64,000 bases of DNA from a virus (taxonomy: Duplodnaviria > Heunggongvirae > Uroviricota > Caudoviricetes), in IMG/VR virus record IMGVR_UViG_3300014205_000001, positions 189,413 through 253,412 of that record; one strand, given 5' to 3'. The translations under genes were made by a program, and so were the position numbers. Under the pieces are notes generated by a model. It had not been told where the DNA came from. It was given only the letters and a program-made list of their open reading frames with translations, and made no database searches. This document shows, one piece after another, positions 1 through 10,797 of the stretch (position 1 is the first letter of the stretch; the number at the start of each line of letters is the position of its first letter).

Positions 1-2
1 AA

Positions 3-998
3 GAATATGGTTTACAATTTATTGCAGGTAGTAAACGTGTATTAAGTGCAAATGTTGCAAAAGTATTAGAAGATCGTTCATGTGAATACGAATATCGTGA
101 AGTAGATATTTTAGATAGACGTTTACAAGTTGAATATGAACAATTACGTTTTGCTCCTGATTTTAATGAAGCAACTCGTCATCAATATCATTGGCTAAGT
201 ATTGCAGATATTAGCGAAGGTTTAGGTTTAGATGATACTGTTGTCAATTGGTTCCGTTTAATGCCACGTTCGAAAGAATGGTTAGAAACACACAAAATTA
301 AATCATTACATGATGCTTTTTATTATAAGCAATCAATAATTTACAATTATAATCGTATTAATCATAAAACAGATTTAGCAGATTTCTTTTATTTGATGAA
401 TTTCGAATATTTAGACCCACAAAAAGTAAAAGCAGTAGTAGAATATAATGGGCCTGGTTCAAGTTTTTTAACTGCCATGCCATTTGTATTTAATCAAAAA
501 AATCAGTACGGTAATTACCCATTTGTACGTTATTATCATAACCAACGTGATAAAAAGAAGAAAGTAGGTATTAAAGTAACTCGAAATAAAAAAGAATTAG
601 TAAAATCGTATACTGTAGCCATTGAAGAAGATCGTTTATATGTAGATGAACGTAAAACATTAGAACAAATGGATAGTTTTATTAAAGTTGAAACTCGTTC
701 AGGAGATTATACATATCGTGCCGATTCAGGTCATGATGATATTGTAATGACATTAGTAACAGGTTCTACATTCTTAGAGACACAAGATTTTAAAAATGTA
801 TGTTATTCGGCATATAAAGAATTGAATGCTGAATGGCAACGTTTGATCGATGCTGCAATGGATTTAAATTATAATCCTGATCCGATAAGTTATAAAAGCG
901 TAGGTAAAGCGATTGCTAAATTAGACGAAAATGGTAATCGCACACATCGTTTTCAAGGTGGTACAGGTCGTTTTGTACGCAAACCTTCCCAAAATTAG
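3..998 (+). CDS. Large terminase subunit, C-terminal nuclease (RNase H-like) domain, T4 gp17-like; 5'-partial
   Basis: The frame is open from base 3, upstream of the listed ATG at 261 (EYGLQF...IADISEGLGLDDTV). DISEGLGLD and GHDDIVMTLV match the gp17 D-x-x-E-G-x-G-x-D and HDDLVM motifs. Confidence 0.88.
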   Translation, partial: EYGLQFIAGSKRVLSANVAKVLEDRSCEYEYREVDILDRRLQVEYEQLRFAPDFNEATRHQYHWLSIADISEGLGLDDTVVNWFRLMPRSKEWLETHKIKSLHDAFYYKQSIIYNYNRINHKTDLADFFYLMNFEYLDPQKVKAVVEYNGPGSSFLTAMPFVFNQKNQYGNYPFVRYYHNQRDKKKKVGIKVTRNKKELVKSYTVAIEEDRLYVDERKTLEQMDSFIKVETRSGDYTYRADSGHDDIVMTLVTGSTFLETQDFKNVCYSAYKELNAEWQRLIDAAMDLNYNPDPISYKSVGKAIAKLDENGNRTHRFQGGTGRFVRKPSQN

Positions 999-1089
999 GA
1001 AGAACGTCATTAAATATTTTAATATATAGTTATAAATAAGATTTGTCCTTCACTGGGCAGAGAATAAAAATACATTCAACCTAAAAGAT

Positions 1090-4000
1090 ATGATTAATTT
1101 ATCGGATTACAACAAGGCTGGAATCTTTATTGAGGAAAGAAATAACTCTGTTATAGATACTCCTGTTGCTCAAGAAGCAGTTGTGAACTTTATACCAGGT
1201 TTCAGCCGTAAAGGTACAGTTTTCAATCGTCCAGTTTTAATAAAAAGTAAAACTGAACGTCAAACATATTTTGGAGATATTGATCGTGTGTTAGAGAAAA
1301 AAGGTTCCTTTTTTCACAGAACTATCGACGTAGCTATCCAATCTGCACCTGTATGGGCTTTAAACTTATTAAAAACTACTTCAGTAGACCTATTAAATTA
1401 TGCATCAGTATCTTTATCTGCACAATTTGATAACGATGATGTAGCAACTGAACAATACGACAGTTTCTTTAACAAGTCAGGATTCTGGCAACGTGATACT
1501 GAAAGTTTCTTAAATTTCGCACAAAATTCTGAACGTATGATTCACTTTACAAACGTAAGTGATAAAAAAATTACTATGTTCATGTTCAAATCAACTGCAA
1601 GTGAATTTAATGTAACTGCAGAAACATGGTACGGTGGTGCTTCTAAAGTACCTTCATACATTCGTCCAACAGATTTAATGTCTGACTTTATGGTACGTGT
1701 TGTTGTTGTAGCAAATGACTGGTCAAGTTATGTAGCTTTAGCTGCAGACAATAACTATTCTAAATATTTTACAACTGCAGGTTTACGTAAAGAAAAAATT
1801 GATTCATTTATTAAAGATGCAAATGTAACTTTATTAGGTGATTACAATGGTTCATTAATTCCTTATTTCCGTGACAGCAAAAACAATAACATTTTTATCG
1901 AAACTTTAATTAACTTAGATACTGATAGAAGTGGTTTATTCTGTTCTTATGACATTGACAATGTTGAATCTGATTTTCCAAATGGAAATCTTGACATCAT
2001 CGGTCAATCATTAGTTGACAATTATCGTCAACGTATTAAATTTATGTCTTACGACGAAACTATTGAAGAAAAAGATAGTTATGATGCAACAGCATTAAAT
2101 CGTTTAGGAAATGTAATTGGTGTTGGTTCATCATTAGTAAATAAGAAAAATGGTTGGGTTACAACAACTGCAGCTACGTTAGGTGGTTCATTTACATCTG
2201 TAACAGGACCAACAATTACTTATTCAGCTGGTACATGTGTTATCAATGACACAAACGTAACAATTGCTGGTGGTGTTGTAACATTTACTTCACTTCCTGC
2301 TCCTGTAACAACAACAATGTATCGTATCGACTTAGTTTATATTGACTCAACTGGTGCTTTAAATTTATTAGAAGGTACTTCTGCTGAATTAGCTAACTCA
2401 TTAACTGAAGCACAAGCAGTTACTGCAGGTTTAACTTATCCAGCAACATATCCAACAGGTGCAATCCTTGCAGGTTACGTGTTCCGTACTCGTACAACTG
2501 CTCCTGTATACGCAAACACTCATGTACCATTATCAATTGGTGTAGGTGGTTTTGTTGATTTAACAATTTCATCAACACCATCAGGTACATTAGATATTTT
2601 AGTAACAACAACAGCAATCAATAATGTTACATTAACATTCAATGGTACTGCAACAGCTACTAAAGCAAATTACGCTGCTTACCGTCGTTTACAAATGTTC
2701 AATGAACTTGCTTCAAAGAAAGTATTATCAACTTCAGTAATCCGTACACAAGCACCTTCAACTACTCCAAGTAAGAAAGTTGATTTAACAGCATCAACTT
2801 GGTCAGATAATTATTCATCAGGTACTGGTGATAAATTTGTTACAATTACTACAACTGCTGGTATTGACATTGCAACTGAACCTGCAACAGGTTCTAAATT
2901 CACTTTCTACTATGTAGATGATGAATTTGTAATGGGAACTATCGGTTTAGAAACTGTAAATGATTACACAACACAAACAGCTAACTACGGTATCGTAGCA
3001 AAAGAAAGCGAATTGTATAACGATTTCTACGACGGTGTTGTAAAAACTGGTGATCACTTCTTCGTAAAACAAGCAGTGACAACAACAATGAAATTTGTTC
3101 ATTATACAAATACTGCAAACCCAACAGCTGTAGGTGATTATTTAATTTTAAATTCAACAACTGATTCAGCTGCAATTACTGCTTTAGCAATTGCAGTAGG
3201 CAATTTAAATATTCATATTTTAATTCAAGATCATGCAGTAAATGCAAACGATTACACAATTTCACGTGCTGAAGTTTATAACACAGGTTCAGGTTTATTT
3301 GGACCAGCTTTATACACTGATGGTTTTTTAACAACAGGTGAAATTGCATTAAAAGTAAATAATACTGTAAGTACTTATTCAACATTATCAACAATTGATA
3401 TTTATAACTACAACTTAAAAGTATATTTAAAAATGTTCCGTTTAGGTTCAGTAATGAAAGCAATTTTCTATTCTGATAATACATTAATCAGTCCTTACAC
3501 AATTCCTGGTGGTTTAAGTTCTATCAATACATCAATTAATGTTTTCTCTGGCGAAGCTAGTTACAATCAAACAATTGAAATTGAACAACATGGTTCTTAT
3601 ACAATCACAGATACTAAATTTTTAATTGACTTAGCACGTTATGGTGAAGTAAAAGTTGGTGACTATATTAAAGCACACGTTGAAACTGGTGATTTACAAC
3701 CAGGTGAATTTGCAAAAAAATTCACACGTATTATCAAGAAAACTCCTTGGAGTGGTAATACTGCAAATAACGTAAGTTATGCAGAAATTACAACTGATTC
3801 AAAATATCATGTTGATATTTTTGGTACTGATGATTTACAAACTGAACGTTACACAACAATCGAAGATTATGTTGACACTTACAAAGCAATTACTTTAAAT
3901 GGTTTTGCTCCACAAGCTGCTTCAATTCCTGATGGTACTGAAACACGTCAATCAGAAATTTTAGATATTATCGGTACAGGTACATCATTATTTAACGCAA

Positions 4001-4938
4001 TCATTAATAAAAATAAATTCAACTTCCGTTATTTAATCGATAGTTTCGGTAATGGTTTAACTGAATTTTCTAAACAACAATTAGTTGATATTACTGGTAA
4101 ACGTAAAAATTGTATGGGATTCATCAACATGCCAAGTGCGAAAGCATTTAAAAATTCTTCAAGTCCATCATTCACAAATACTGATGGTACTTTAAGTTTA
4201 GAATTTGTAAAAAATGGTGGTGATTTAGAATCTAACCCAGCATTCTTATACTCATTCGCAACAGGTGAAGGTACAGGTGATGGTCGTCCTACAGTTGGTT
4301 ATTTCTTCCCTTATGTAACAGTAAATGACAATGGTCGTCCTTTAGCATTCCCACCTTCTGCATATATTGCAAACACATATATGCGTAAATTGAACTCAAC
4401 TATTGCTGGTATTTATAACTGGACAGTAGCTGCTGGTTCTGAAGATGGTAAAGTATTAGGAATTGCAAACGTTGAAATGGACTTCACAGAAGATGATTTA
4501 GTTCAATTATATGCAATGGGCGCGAACCCAATCGTTTATGCAAAAAATAAAGGTTTCTATATTGAAACTGAGTGGTCAGCATTACGTACACCATTAAGTT
4601 CATTATCATATTTACATGCACGCGAAGTATTAATCGACTTAGAAAACGATTTATATGCAATGTTATTAAAATACCAATGGAAATTTAACACATCTGCAAA
4701 CCGTGCAAAAATTAAACGTGAAGCTGATGAAATTTGTCAAAAATATGTAGACCGTTCAGGTTTATATGCTTACAAAAACATCATCGATGAAACAAATAAT
4801 ACACCTACATTAATCGATAATCAATTCGGTTTATTAGAAACATACGTAGAAATTACTAAAGCAATGGGAATCATTGTTAACGTAATCAACGTAATGGCAA
4901 CTGGTCAATTAGGTGCATCTACAGGATTTACAGCATAA
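1090..4938 (+). CDS. Contractile tail sheath protein (T4 gp18-like) with a large Thr/Ser-rich central insertion
   Basis: N-terminus (KAGIFIEERNNS...FIPGFSRKG..NRPVLI....RQTYFG) and C-terminus (YFFPYVTV...FPPSAYIA...LYAMGANPI...LSYLHAREVLIDLE...KWKFNTSANRAKI...DETNNTP) match the sheath family; 1282 aa. Confidence 0.92.
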   Translation: MINLSDYNKAGIFIEERNNSVIDTPVAQEAVVNFIPGFSRKGTVFNRPVLIKSKTERQTYFGDIDRVLEKKGSFFHRTIDVAIQSAPVWALNLLKTTSVDLLNYASVSLSAQFDNDDVATEQYDSFFNKSGFWQRDTESFLNFAQNSERMIHFTNVSDKKITMFMFKSTASEFNVTAETWYGGASKVPSYIRPTDLMSDFMVRVVVVANDWSSYVALAADNNYSKYFTTAGLRKEKIDSFIKDANVTLLGDYNGSLIPYFRDSKNNNIFIETLINLDTDRSGLFCSYDIDNVESDFPNGNLDIIGQSLVDNYRQRIKFMSYDETIEEKDSYDATALNRLGNVIGVGSSLVNKKNGWVTTTAATLGGSFTSVTGPTITYSAGTCVINDTNVTIAGGVVTFTSLPAPVTTTMYRIDLVYIDSTGALNLLEGTSAELANSLTEAQAVTAGLTYPATYPTGAILAGYVFRTRTTAPVYANTHVPLSIGVGGFVDLTISSTPSGTLDILVTTTAINNVTLTFNGTATATKANYAAYRRLQMFNELASKKVLSTSVIRTQAPSTTPSKKVDLTASTWSDNYSSGTGDKFVTITTTAGIDIATEPATGSKFTFYYVDDEFVMGTIGLETVNDYTTQTANYGIVAKESELYNDFYDGVVKTGDHFFVKQAVTTTMKFVHYTNTANPTAVGDYLILNSTTDSAAITALAIAVGNLNIHILIQDHAVNANDYTISRAEVYNTGSGLFGPALYTDGFLTTGEIALKVNNTVSTYSTLSTIDIYNYNLKVYLKMFRLGSVMKAIFYSDNTLISPYTIPGGLSSINTSINVFSGEASYNQTIEIEQHGSYTITDTKFLIDLARYGEVKVGDYIKAHVETGDLQPGEFAKKFTRIIKKTPWSGNTANNVSYAEITTDSKYHVDIFGTDDLQTERYTTIEDYVDTYKAITLNGFAPQAASIPDGTETRQSEILDIIGTGTSLFNAIINKNKFNFRYLIDSFGNGLTEFSKQQLVDITGKRKNCMGFINMPSAKAFKNSSSPSFTNTDGTLSLEFVKNGGDLESNPAFLYSFATGEGTGDGRPTVGYFFPYVTVNDNGRPLAFPPSAYIANTYMRKLNSTIAGIYNWTVAAGSEDGKVLGIANVEMDFTEDDLVQLYAMGANPIVYAKNKGFYIETEWSALRTPLSSLSYLHAREVLIDLENDLYAMLLKYQWKFNTSANRAKIKREADEICQKYVDRSGLYAYKNIIDETNNTPTLIDNQFGLLETYVEITKAMGIIVNVINVMATGQLGASTGFTA

Positions 4939-4956
4939 TCAAATCATATCTTAAAC

Positions 4957-4986
4957 AAAAAAGCCGTTCAAATGAACGGCTTTTTT
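4957..4986. terminator. Bidirectional intrinsic terminator between the sheath gene and the converging minus-strand block
   Basis: AAAAAA-GCCGTTCA-AA-TGAACGGC-TTTTTT, a perfect inverted repeat. Confidence 0.9.
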
Positions 4987-5016
4987 AGTGATATTTACAG
5001 TGTTAGACAACTTATT

Positions 5017-5298
5017 TTAATTTCCATGATATTGCCATAGGACAGCATTACAATAAGCGTGTACAGCACCTTCTGTTAAACCTGTTTTGTGATTGTGTTG
5101 TAAATGGACAGGATGAGTTAAAAAACCTTTTGGAAATAAATTCCAATGAATAGGTTTTGCAGTAATATGCAGTGGTGGTTTTTCACTTAAACTGTGATTA
5201 CAAAAATGACACAAATTCTTTTGCAACGTAACATATTGCAAACGTACTTCTTTTTTCTGGGTAGCACTTAGTGCATCGTAATTGGTAGGTAAATTCAT
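5017..5298 (-). CDS. Small endonuclease VII-like (His-Me finger) protein
   Basis: CHFC and HLQHNHKTGLTEGAVHAYCN resemble the Endo VII DHxHxTGxxRGxLCxxCN motif. Confidence 0.6.
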   Translation of the reverse strand: MNLPTNYDALSATQKKEVRLQYVTLQKNLCHFCNHSLSEKPPLHITAKPIHWNLFPKGFLTHPVHLQHNHKTGLTEGAVHAYCNAVLWQYHGN

Positions 5299-5573
5299 TA
5301 AATTCCTTCGGCGCTGTTATAATAATTATCAATTGCTGTTTCGCGATCTTTATTCCAAATTAAATTGACACATTGTTTTTCTTCACCTGAAGATAATTCA
5401 GAATCCTGCGGATCAATATAACAATATACATGATTACCTTTTTCAAGATATTTGATCAATTCTTTTTCATTCGTAACTTCAGTGACACCAAAACTTTTCT
5501 TTGCTTTTTCAAGGTCAGTAAAATTTTTACCATCAGGTACAAAATGAATTGGTTTATCTAAAGATTTTGCCAT
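5298..5573 (-). CDS. Hypothetical protein
   Basis: 91-aa ORF abutting its neighbours in a co-oriented block. Confidence 0.55.
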   Translation of the reverse strand: MAKSLDKPIHFVPDGKNFTDLEKAKKSFGVTEVTNEKELIKYLEKGNHVYCYIDPQDSELSSGEEKQCVNLIWNKDRETAIDNYYNSAEGI

Positions 5574-5751
5574 ACTTTAATTATTATAATTATTGCTAAT
5601 ATCAGTTGTAAAATAAAACCGCTTAAAAATAAACGTTGAATGAGATTTCTTGAAAAATTACCTAAATTCACAGAATTTAAAAACCACAATATAATTGCTG
5701 TTACATAATTTGCTGTTGTAATAATTGCAATAATATTTACTATAATTATCA

Positions 5752-6798
5752 TCACAGATATTTATTTGCAGGATTATTATTTAACCTACGTGGATGTGGT
5801 TTATACTGAGGTTCGTAACGTTCAACAATATTACCTGTTTTATCTAAAGGTTGATTTTCGTCATCGTAACCAGTAACAGGATTTACAAGTGTTAGGTAAC
5901 CCATCATAATTTCGGCAACATGTAAAGAAACAACTGACATGTAATCGTCGTTTCTGTAACCACCAAATAAACACATAGTAACAGGTACATCAATGTTGTG
6001 TGTTTCTTTCATGAATTTAATCCATTCAAAAAAGTGTTTACTACATTCAAGCCATTCCTGAGTATTTACTTGACCTGGGTAATCGTCATCTTCGTGAGAA
6101 TCAGCACCGTGACACCAAACAACATAATCAATTTGTTGAGTTGTAAATGCAAGTGTTAAATCGTCGTATAAAAATGAACGAACGTGTTCAACATATTCTG
6201 CGTTTGTGTAAGCAATTGAACGTGGACCATTAGGATTAAAATTATATCCCATTGGAATTGCTTTATTCACCATGAAATTAAATTTACGTGTATCTTCAAT
6301 GGAATTACCAAAGTGACCATCAAGGTCCAGATAACAACCACGTAATCTTTTTTCGCGATATAATTTTACAGATGCAATAACTTGACCTGAAAAGGTACAA
6401 AAACCTAAACCATTGTTAGGTTGTGCATGATGAAAACCAGCAACAGGTGCTAACACTAAATCGTTGTATGTTACACTGTGTTTAATAGCATGATATAAAC
6501 AAGCGTTGTTATATTCCAATGACTCCACTAAGTTTTCGCTCCAAGGTATATCGCTGTCCAATAAAGCACCAGGTTGATTGAAGTCATACACGTAACTTAC
6601 GTGTTGTTCAGTATGTGCATGTAAAAAATCTTCGTAATCGTAAGGTCTGTATTCGATAATATCTAATTTGTTACCAAGTACTCGTCGTAATTCTTCTACG
6701 ACGAGTTTAGGTTTCAAAGGAGATTTAGTTTTTGACTTTTCGATGTTATCAGTCAAAACTTGTTTAGGATGATAAAATGTTACAAAGTTGTCTTTCAT
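5752..6798 (-). CDS. Histone deacetylase-family (AcuC/HDAC-like) Zn-dependent amidohydrolase
   Basis: GFHHA, GFCTF, LDLDGHFGN, GADSHEDD and GGY motifs, covering the catalytic His pair, Zn ligands and Tyr. Confidence 0.88.
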   Translation of the reverse strand: MKDNFVTFYHPKQVLTDNIEKSKTKSPLKPKLVVEELRRVLGNKLDIIEYRPYDYEDFLHAHTEQHVSYVYDFNQPGALLDSDIPWSENLVESLEYNNACLYHAIKHSVTYNDLVLAPVAGFHHAQPNNGLGFCTFSGQVIASVKLYREKRLRGCYLDLDGHFGNSIEDTRKFNFMVNKAIPMGYNFNPNGPRSIAYTNAEYVEHVRSFLYDDLTLAFTTQQIDYVVWCHGADSHEDDDYPGQVNTQEWLECSKHFFEWIKFMKETHNIDVPVTMCLFGGYRNDDYMSVVSLHVAEIMMGYLTLVNPVTGYDDENQPLDKTGNIVERYEPQYKPHPRRLNNNPANKYL

Positions 6799-6800
6799 AA

Positions 6801-7097
6801 TTAAATTTCAGGTTCCGTATTTTCTATTTCAGTTGCGATTTCAATTTTTTCGACAGGAATTAATGGATGTACATCTCTGGGTTCAGCAATGAATAAATGG
6901 TTGGATGCTGCTTCGTGAAGTACAACTTGTTTGTCGTCGTTCATTCCCACGATTTGTACTTTTTTGCCATTCATTTCGATATGTTTATCTATATCACCGG
7001 GTGTTAAAAAATTACCATGAATAAATTTTGATAATTGATTTTTAAAGTTAAGTCTGTAACTTTGCAGTAGTGCGGCGGAATAGATTTTTCTTTTCAT
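6801..7097 (-). CDS. Hypothetical protein
   Basis: 98-aa ORF overlapping the upstream gene by ATGA. Confidence 0.55.
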   Translation of the reverse strand: MKRKIYSAALLQSYRLNFKNQLSKFIHGNFLTPGDIDKHIEMNGKKVQIVGMNDDKQVVLHEAASNHLFIAEPRDVHPLIPVEKIEIATEIENTEPEI

Positions 7098-7427
7098 ATT
7101 TGGTTTTTGGTTTTTGTGTGATTAAAAATTTTCATTGGAATATCTTTGGAATGATACTTGTTAATTGTGTAACGATCTAATAATACCCAAACAATTCCAT
7201 TGTATTCGTATTTATCCGTTGTTTCGTTTTTTGTAATCGTCAATTCAAAATCACTAAATAATGCGAAAATAAGAATGAGAGTTACAACAGCTATTAAAGG
7301 AAAGAATAATAATTTCATGTTGTTTGTTTTGTTACTACATAATTAATCAATTTATATGACATAAAAAAATGCTTTATTGTAACTGATTGATTATGAATAT
7401 CATAGTTTTTAAGCATCTTGGAACCGT

Positions 7428-8063
7428 TTATAGATCAAAGTAGCATTTCTTTGCCATTGTTAAATATTGCTTCTGCGTTAGAGTATAACCTTTATTCATT
7501 TTGGTTGAAAATAAATTCAAAACTTCTTCAACTTGATATGCTGCTTTTAAAGGTTTATTCCATCTGCGTAATTTTCGTACAGCGTAATAACTTAAATGAT
7601 ATGCATTCGCTTTTTGTGTATAACGATCAATATTAATGATATCGTCTAAACCATATTTTTTAATTTTTTCAATTGATCGTAAATCACAATCACGTTCACA
7701 ATCAATAATTTTTTTCATGACTGCTTGAACTTGTTTGTCGTTCATTTCAATATGTTTACCTAACCATAAATCTAACATTGCGTTTACATCAACAGTACAT
7801 ATTTCTTGATCGTCCCATTCAGGAGAATTTTCAATGTATTGATCTAAATGACAGGATTCGTGAATGAGAATTTCTAACCATTCTTTTTTGTCTTTTTTAG
7901 TCGCGACTGCTAATGTGTCAGTTCCTGTATCGAAATAACCAGAGACAGTTATTTTTTTATTTGTCGCATAAGGAATTGCAGGTAAATTAATTAGTTTTAA
8001 TTTGATTTTATGTTTTTTACATAAAGCACGTAAATCTGCTTTAAAACGAGATACATTATCCAT
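7428..8063 (-). CDS. Hypothetical protein with an HExxH (zincin-like) motif
   Basis: EILIHESCH motif with a downstream E (CERDC); function uncertain. Confidence 0.45.
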   Translation of the reverse strand: MDNVSRFKADLRALCKKHKIKLKLINLPAIPYATNKKITVSGYFDTGTDTLAVATKKDKKEWLEILIHESCHLDQYIENSPEWDDQEICTVDVNAMLDLWLGKHIEMNDKQVQAVMKKIIDCERDCDLRSIEKIKKYGLDDIINIDRYTQKANAYHLSYYAVRKLRRWNKPLKAAYQVEEVLNLFSTKMNKGYTLTQKQYLTMAKKCYFDL

Positions 8064-8294
8064 TTAATTTATATGTTCCTGTAATGAGATTGTTTACTTT
8101 CAATTACTTCTAATTGTGTTAAAAGTTCCTGAATAATCTTTTGATTTTCAATCGCTTGCAATGCTGTATCATTGATAATTTTGATTAATGCTTCATCTCT
8201 TTCACAATGCTGACTTGATATTATAATTTGCGGCAACCCATACATTGGAGTCAATTGATTACGAAGTTTCGATACTACTGTTTCTGCTAACATA

Positions 8295-8951
8295 TTATTC
8301 TGCACATTTACTATATAATTCTTTAGGTTCTTTACAAACCCAATAATCTGGATTCCAACCTTTAGCTATTACGTAATTTAATTTTGAAATACTTTTTTCT
8401 TTACCACATGCATAACATGTATGTTTCAATGGTGGTATTTTTAATTTTTTAATGTCTTTATGTTTTTCATACACTACACCATTGATTCGTGCAGCAAACC
8501 AAAAATAATCTACGCTGTACCAATGTTGTCCTTCACGACACGGAGCACACATATCAAAACTCCAAATTATTTCTACTAAATTATCATCGATATGTTCTGT
8601 AACAAGTACTTTTTCCCGTTCACCACTTTTCAGATTTTCGTTAATTTCGTCCCAACTGCCAACATAAGCATATTCTGCATCGCCACATGCTAATGAACCT
8701 ATACGAAATAAACATTGAGCGTGTCTTGTTGAACCATTACTGTATTGTGGAATGTCCCAAAATTTACCATTAAATGTACAATATTTTTCTGGGTATGAAA
8801 TATACAATTGTAGTTTTTCGTTGGAAGAATATCTACCATCGTATTGGGGATAATTTTTATAATGAGGTTCAACTTCTTGACCTACTAATTTCATTAAATC
8901 TTTATGTCGTTTCTTAGCAAGTTTTACTAAGTTACTCATCTGTTCTGTCAT
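8295..8951 (-). CDS. Hypothetical protein with Cys pairs
   Basis: 218-aa ORF; CAPC and CYAC motifs. Confidence 0.55.
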   Translation of the reverse strand: MTEQMSNLVKLAKKRHKDLMKLVGQEVEPHYKNYPQYDGRYSSNEKLQLYISYPEKYCTFNGKFWDIPQYSNGSTRHAQCLFRIGSLACGDAEYAYVGSWDEINENLKSGEREKVLVTEHIDDNLVEIIWSFDMCAPCREGQHWYSVDYFWFAARINGVVYEKHKDIKKLKIPPLKHTCYACGKEKSISKLNYVIAKGWNPDYWVCKEPKELYSKCAE

Positions 8952-9117
8952 TGTACAAGTATTAAACCTTTAATATTTTCAAAACATCTTCCACCTGGCC
9001 ACCTAACATCAACATGATCATCATCAAGTACAAAAGGTGGTTCAACAATAATTCCCACACCAATTCCACGTCCCCATGAATCAAAATCATTTTTAATCCA
9101 AGTTCCTTCGTTTTTAA

Positions 9118-9912
9118 TTACTTTGTCACCAACTTGCATAATTCATATTTAGGATTATACCAAAATGTACGACCATTATTATCTAAAATGGAAGCCATGT
9201 TTGATTTTTTATAACATTTTTGCCAGTCACCTTTATTTTTAGGTTGATCAATTTGATTAGGATTCTTAAACGCTGCGATTTCCATTCCACCTACTGAATA
9301 GGCTTCAGTCATTACTTGACAAATCGCACGATGTAATGATGCTGTTTCAATTTCCCAATGAGTTAATGCAGGATTAATATCCATGTTGAATAAAACTTCT
9401 GCACGAATATAATTACCTACACCATTGAATAAATTTTGGTCCATTAACAATTCGTAAATAGGAATTTTATCATATTTATGTTTTGCAATTTGTTCGTTGA
9501 AATGTACCCACCATTGTGTTGGTTCTAATAACGGATCAGGACTACGATCTTTATTCCAATCATTAGCTATTTTCCATTTTGCAAAGCGACGTGGGTCAAC
9601 CATGTGTAAACGTAAATATTGTAAACTGATGTTGAAATGAGAATGTTTCGGTGCGACAGCATTAAGACCTGAAGATACTTGCCAGTTTCCACTCATACCC
9701 ATACTGAAAAAATATTTTATATTTTCGTCTGTATCAGTACGAAATTCTAACATTAATTCTTTACCACGAGATTTTGCACCTATAAAAACGCCATCTTCAA
9801 TATCAGGAGTTACAATTTTTGTAACAGTGCTTTTATATGTACCATAACATTCTGTATCTTTATACTGATTTAAAAAATCAGCCATTAAACGTAATTCTGG
9901 TCCTTCAGGCAT
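9118..9912 (-). CDS. Fpg/Nei-family DNA glycosylase/AP lyase
   Basis: MPEGPE N-terminus (Pro2/Glu3), RGKEL, MGMSG, DPRRFA, H2TH motif LLMDQNLFNGVGNYIRAEVLF, C-terminal GRTFWY. Confidence 0.92.
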   Translation of the reverse strand: MPEGPELRLMADFLNQYKDTECYGTYKSTVTKIVTPDIEDGVFIGAKSRGKELMLEFRTDTDENIKYFFSMGMSGNWQVSSGLNAVAPKHSHFNISLQYLRLHMVDPRRFAKWKIANDWNKDRSPDPLLEPTQWWVHFNEQIAKHKYDKIPIYELLMDQNLFNGVGNYIRAEVLFNMDINPALTHWEIETASLHRAICQVMTEAYSVGGMEIAAFKNPNQIDQPKNKGDWQKCYKKSNMASILDNNGRTFWYNPKYELCKLVTK

Positions 9913-10175
9913 AGTTAAGATTCTTTAATTCGTTCTACTTTATTTACATCCTTGACTATAATATTTGTTTCAATTGAATATGAACAAATTTTTATAGGTT
10001 CTATTTTAATTATAATAAAAGGGTTAGGGCGATAATCAAGTTTAATTGTTTGGCCTTCTTGAAATATTATCTGTGTATCGCATTCAATTGACGTTAAATA
10101 GCTTTGATGTTCACGAAAATAGTATTTGAATTTCATAGACTTAATACAATTATATGCATTTTAGCATTACTATAA

Positions 10176-10227
10176 AAACAAAAAGACCCCTCAAAGTGTG
10201 CTTGTATTCAGAGGCATGAGGGGTTTT
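10176..10227 (-). terminator. Putative terminator closing the minus-strand tRNA operon
   Basis: ACCCCTCA/TGAGGGGT stem with a 23-nt loop, followed on the minus strand by a U-rich tract just after tRNA-His. Confidence 0.55.
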
Positions 10228-10237
10228 GGTAATAAAG

Positions 10238-10309
10238 GGGCTAATAAGAGGTTCGAACTCTTCCTAAAACATCCACAATGTTTCGTGCTACCACTACACT
10301 AATCAGCCC
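10238..10309 (-). tRNA. tRNA-His(GUG) with genome-encoded G-1
   Basis: Cloverleaf G-GGCTGAT...AAACA-TT GTG GA-TGTTT...TTCGAAC...ATTAGCC-C; C73 discriminator; CCA not encoded. Confidence 0.92.
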
Positions 10310-10313
10310 ATAT

Positions 10314-10547
10314 TTAATGTATACTTTGTAAACGTTGCAAATTATCTTTACAAGTTTTATTGAAATTTTCTAATACTACATTCATATTAGAAAAAGTTTG
10401 TTCAATTGAATCAAGTGATTTATCAATTGCCGAAAGATATTTATCTGTATCTTTCAAACTTATTTTAATATCTTGTAGTTCATTATAGATAGGTTGTAAT
10501 TTATCATCTAACAATTTACAAATATTAGTATAAGTTAATTCATTCAT
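10314..10547 (-). CDS. Small coiled-coil hypothetical protein between tRNA-Asn and tRNA-His
   Basis: 77-aa heptad-rich ORF that fits the inter-tRNA gap. Confidence 0.5.
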   Translation of the reverse strand: MNELTYTNICKLLDDKLQPIYNELQDIKISLKDTDKYLSAIDKSLDSIEQTFSNMNVVLENFNKTCKDNLQRLQSIH

Positions 10548-10551
10548 TTTG

Positions 10552-10624
10552 CTCCCCAGGTAGGAATTGCACCCACACCCATCCGGTTAACAGCCGGCCG
10601 CTCGCCTACTTGAGCCTCTGAGGA
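10552..10624 (-). tRNA. tRNA-Asn(GUU)
   Basis: TCCTCAG/CTGGGGA acceptor, GCCGG-CT GTT AA-CCGGA anticodon arm, atypical T-loop TGCAATT. Confidence 0.88.
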
Positions 10625-10797
10625 TTGTTACGAATAATGTCTGCTACTATTTCTAATGTAACGTTACTTACATTTTGTCTAGTGATAATGATATAGTTAT
10701 TATCACCGAAGATAGTTAGACACAATCCATTTTTCTTTGTTGTTTGAATCCAAATTTTTCTGAATCCAAATATATTACATAATTCATTTTCCATTTG

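Noticed and set aside
2420-3484. Antisense ORFs inside the sheath gene, and similar short antisense ORFs inside PARP, topoisomerase, IF3 and others
   Set aside because: Leu-rich, low-information translations typical of the reverse frame of strongly biased coding sequence.
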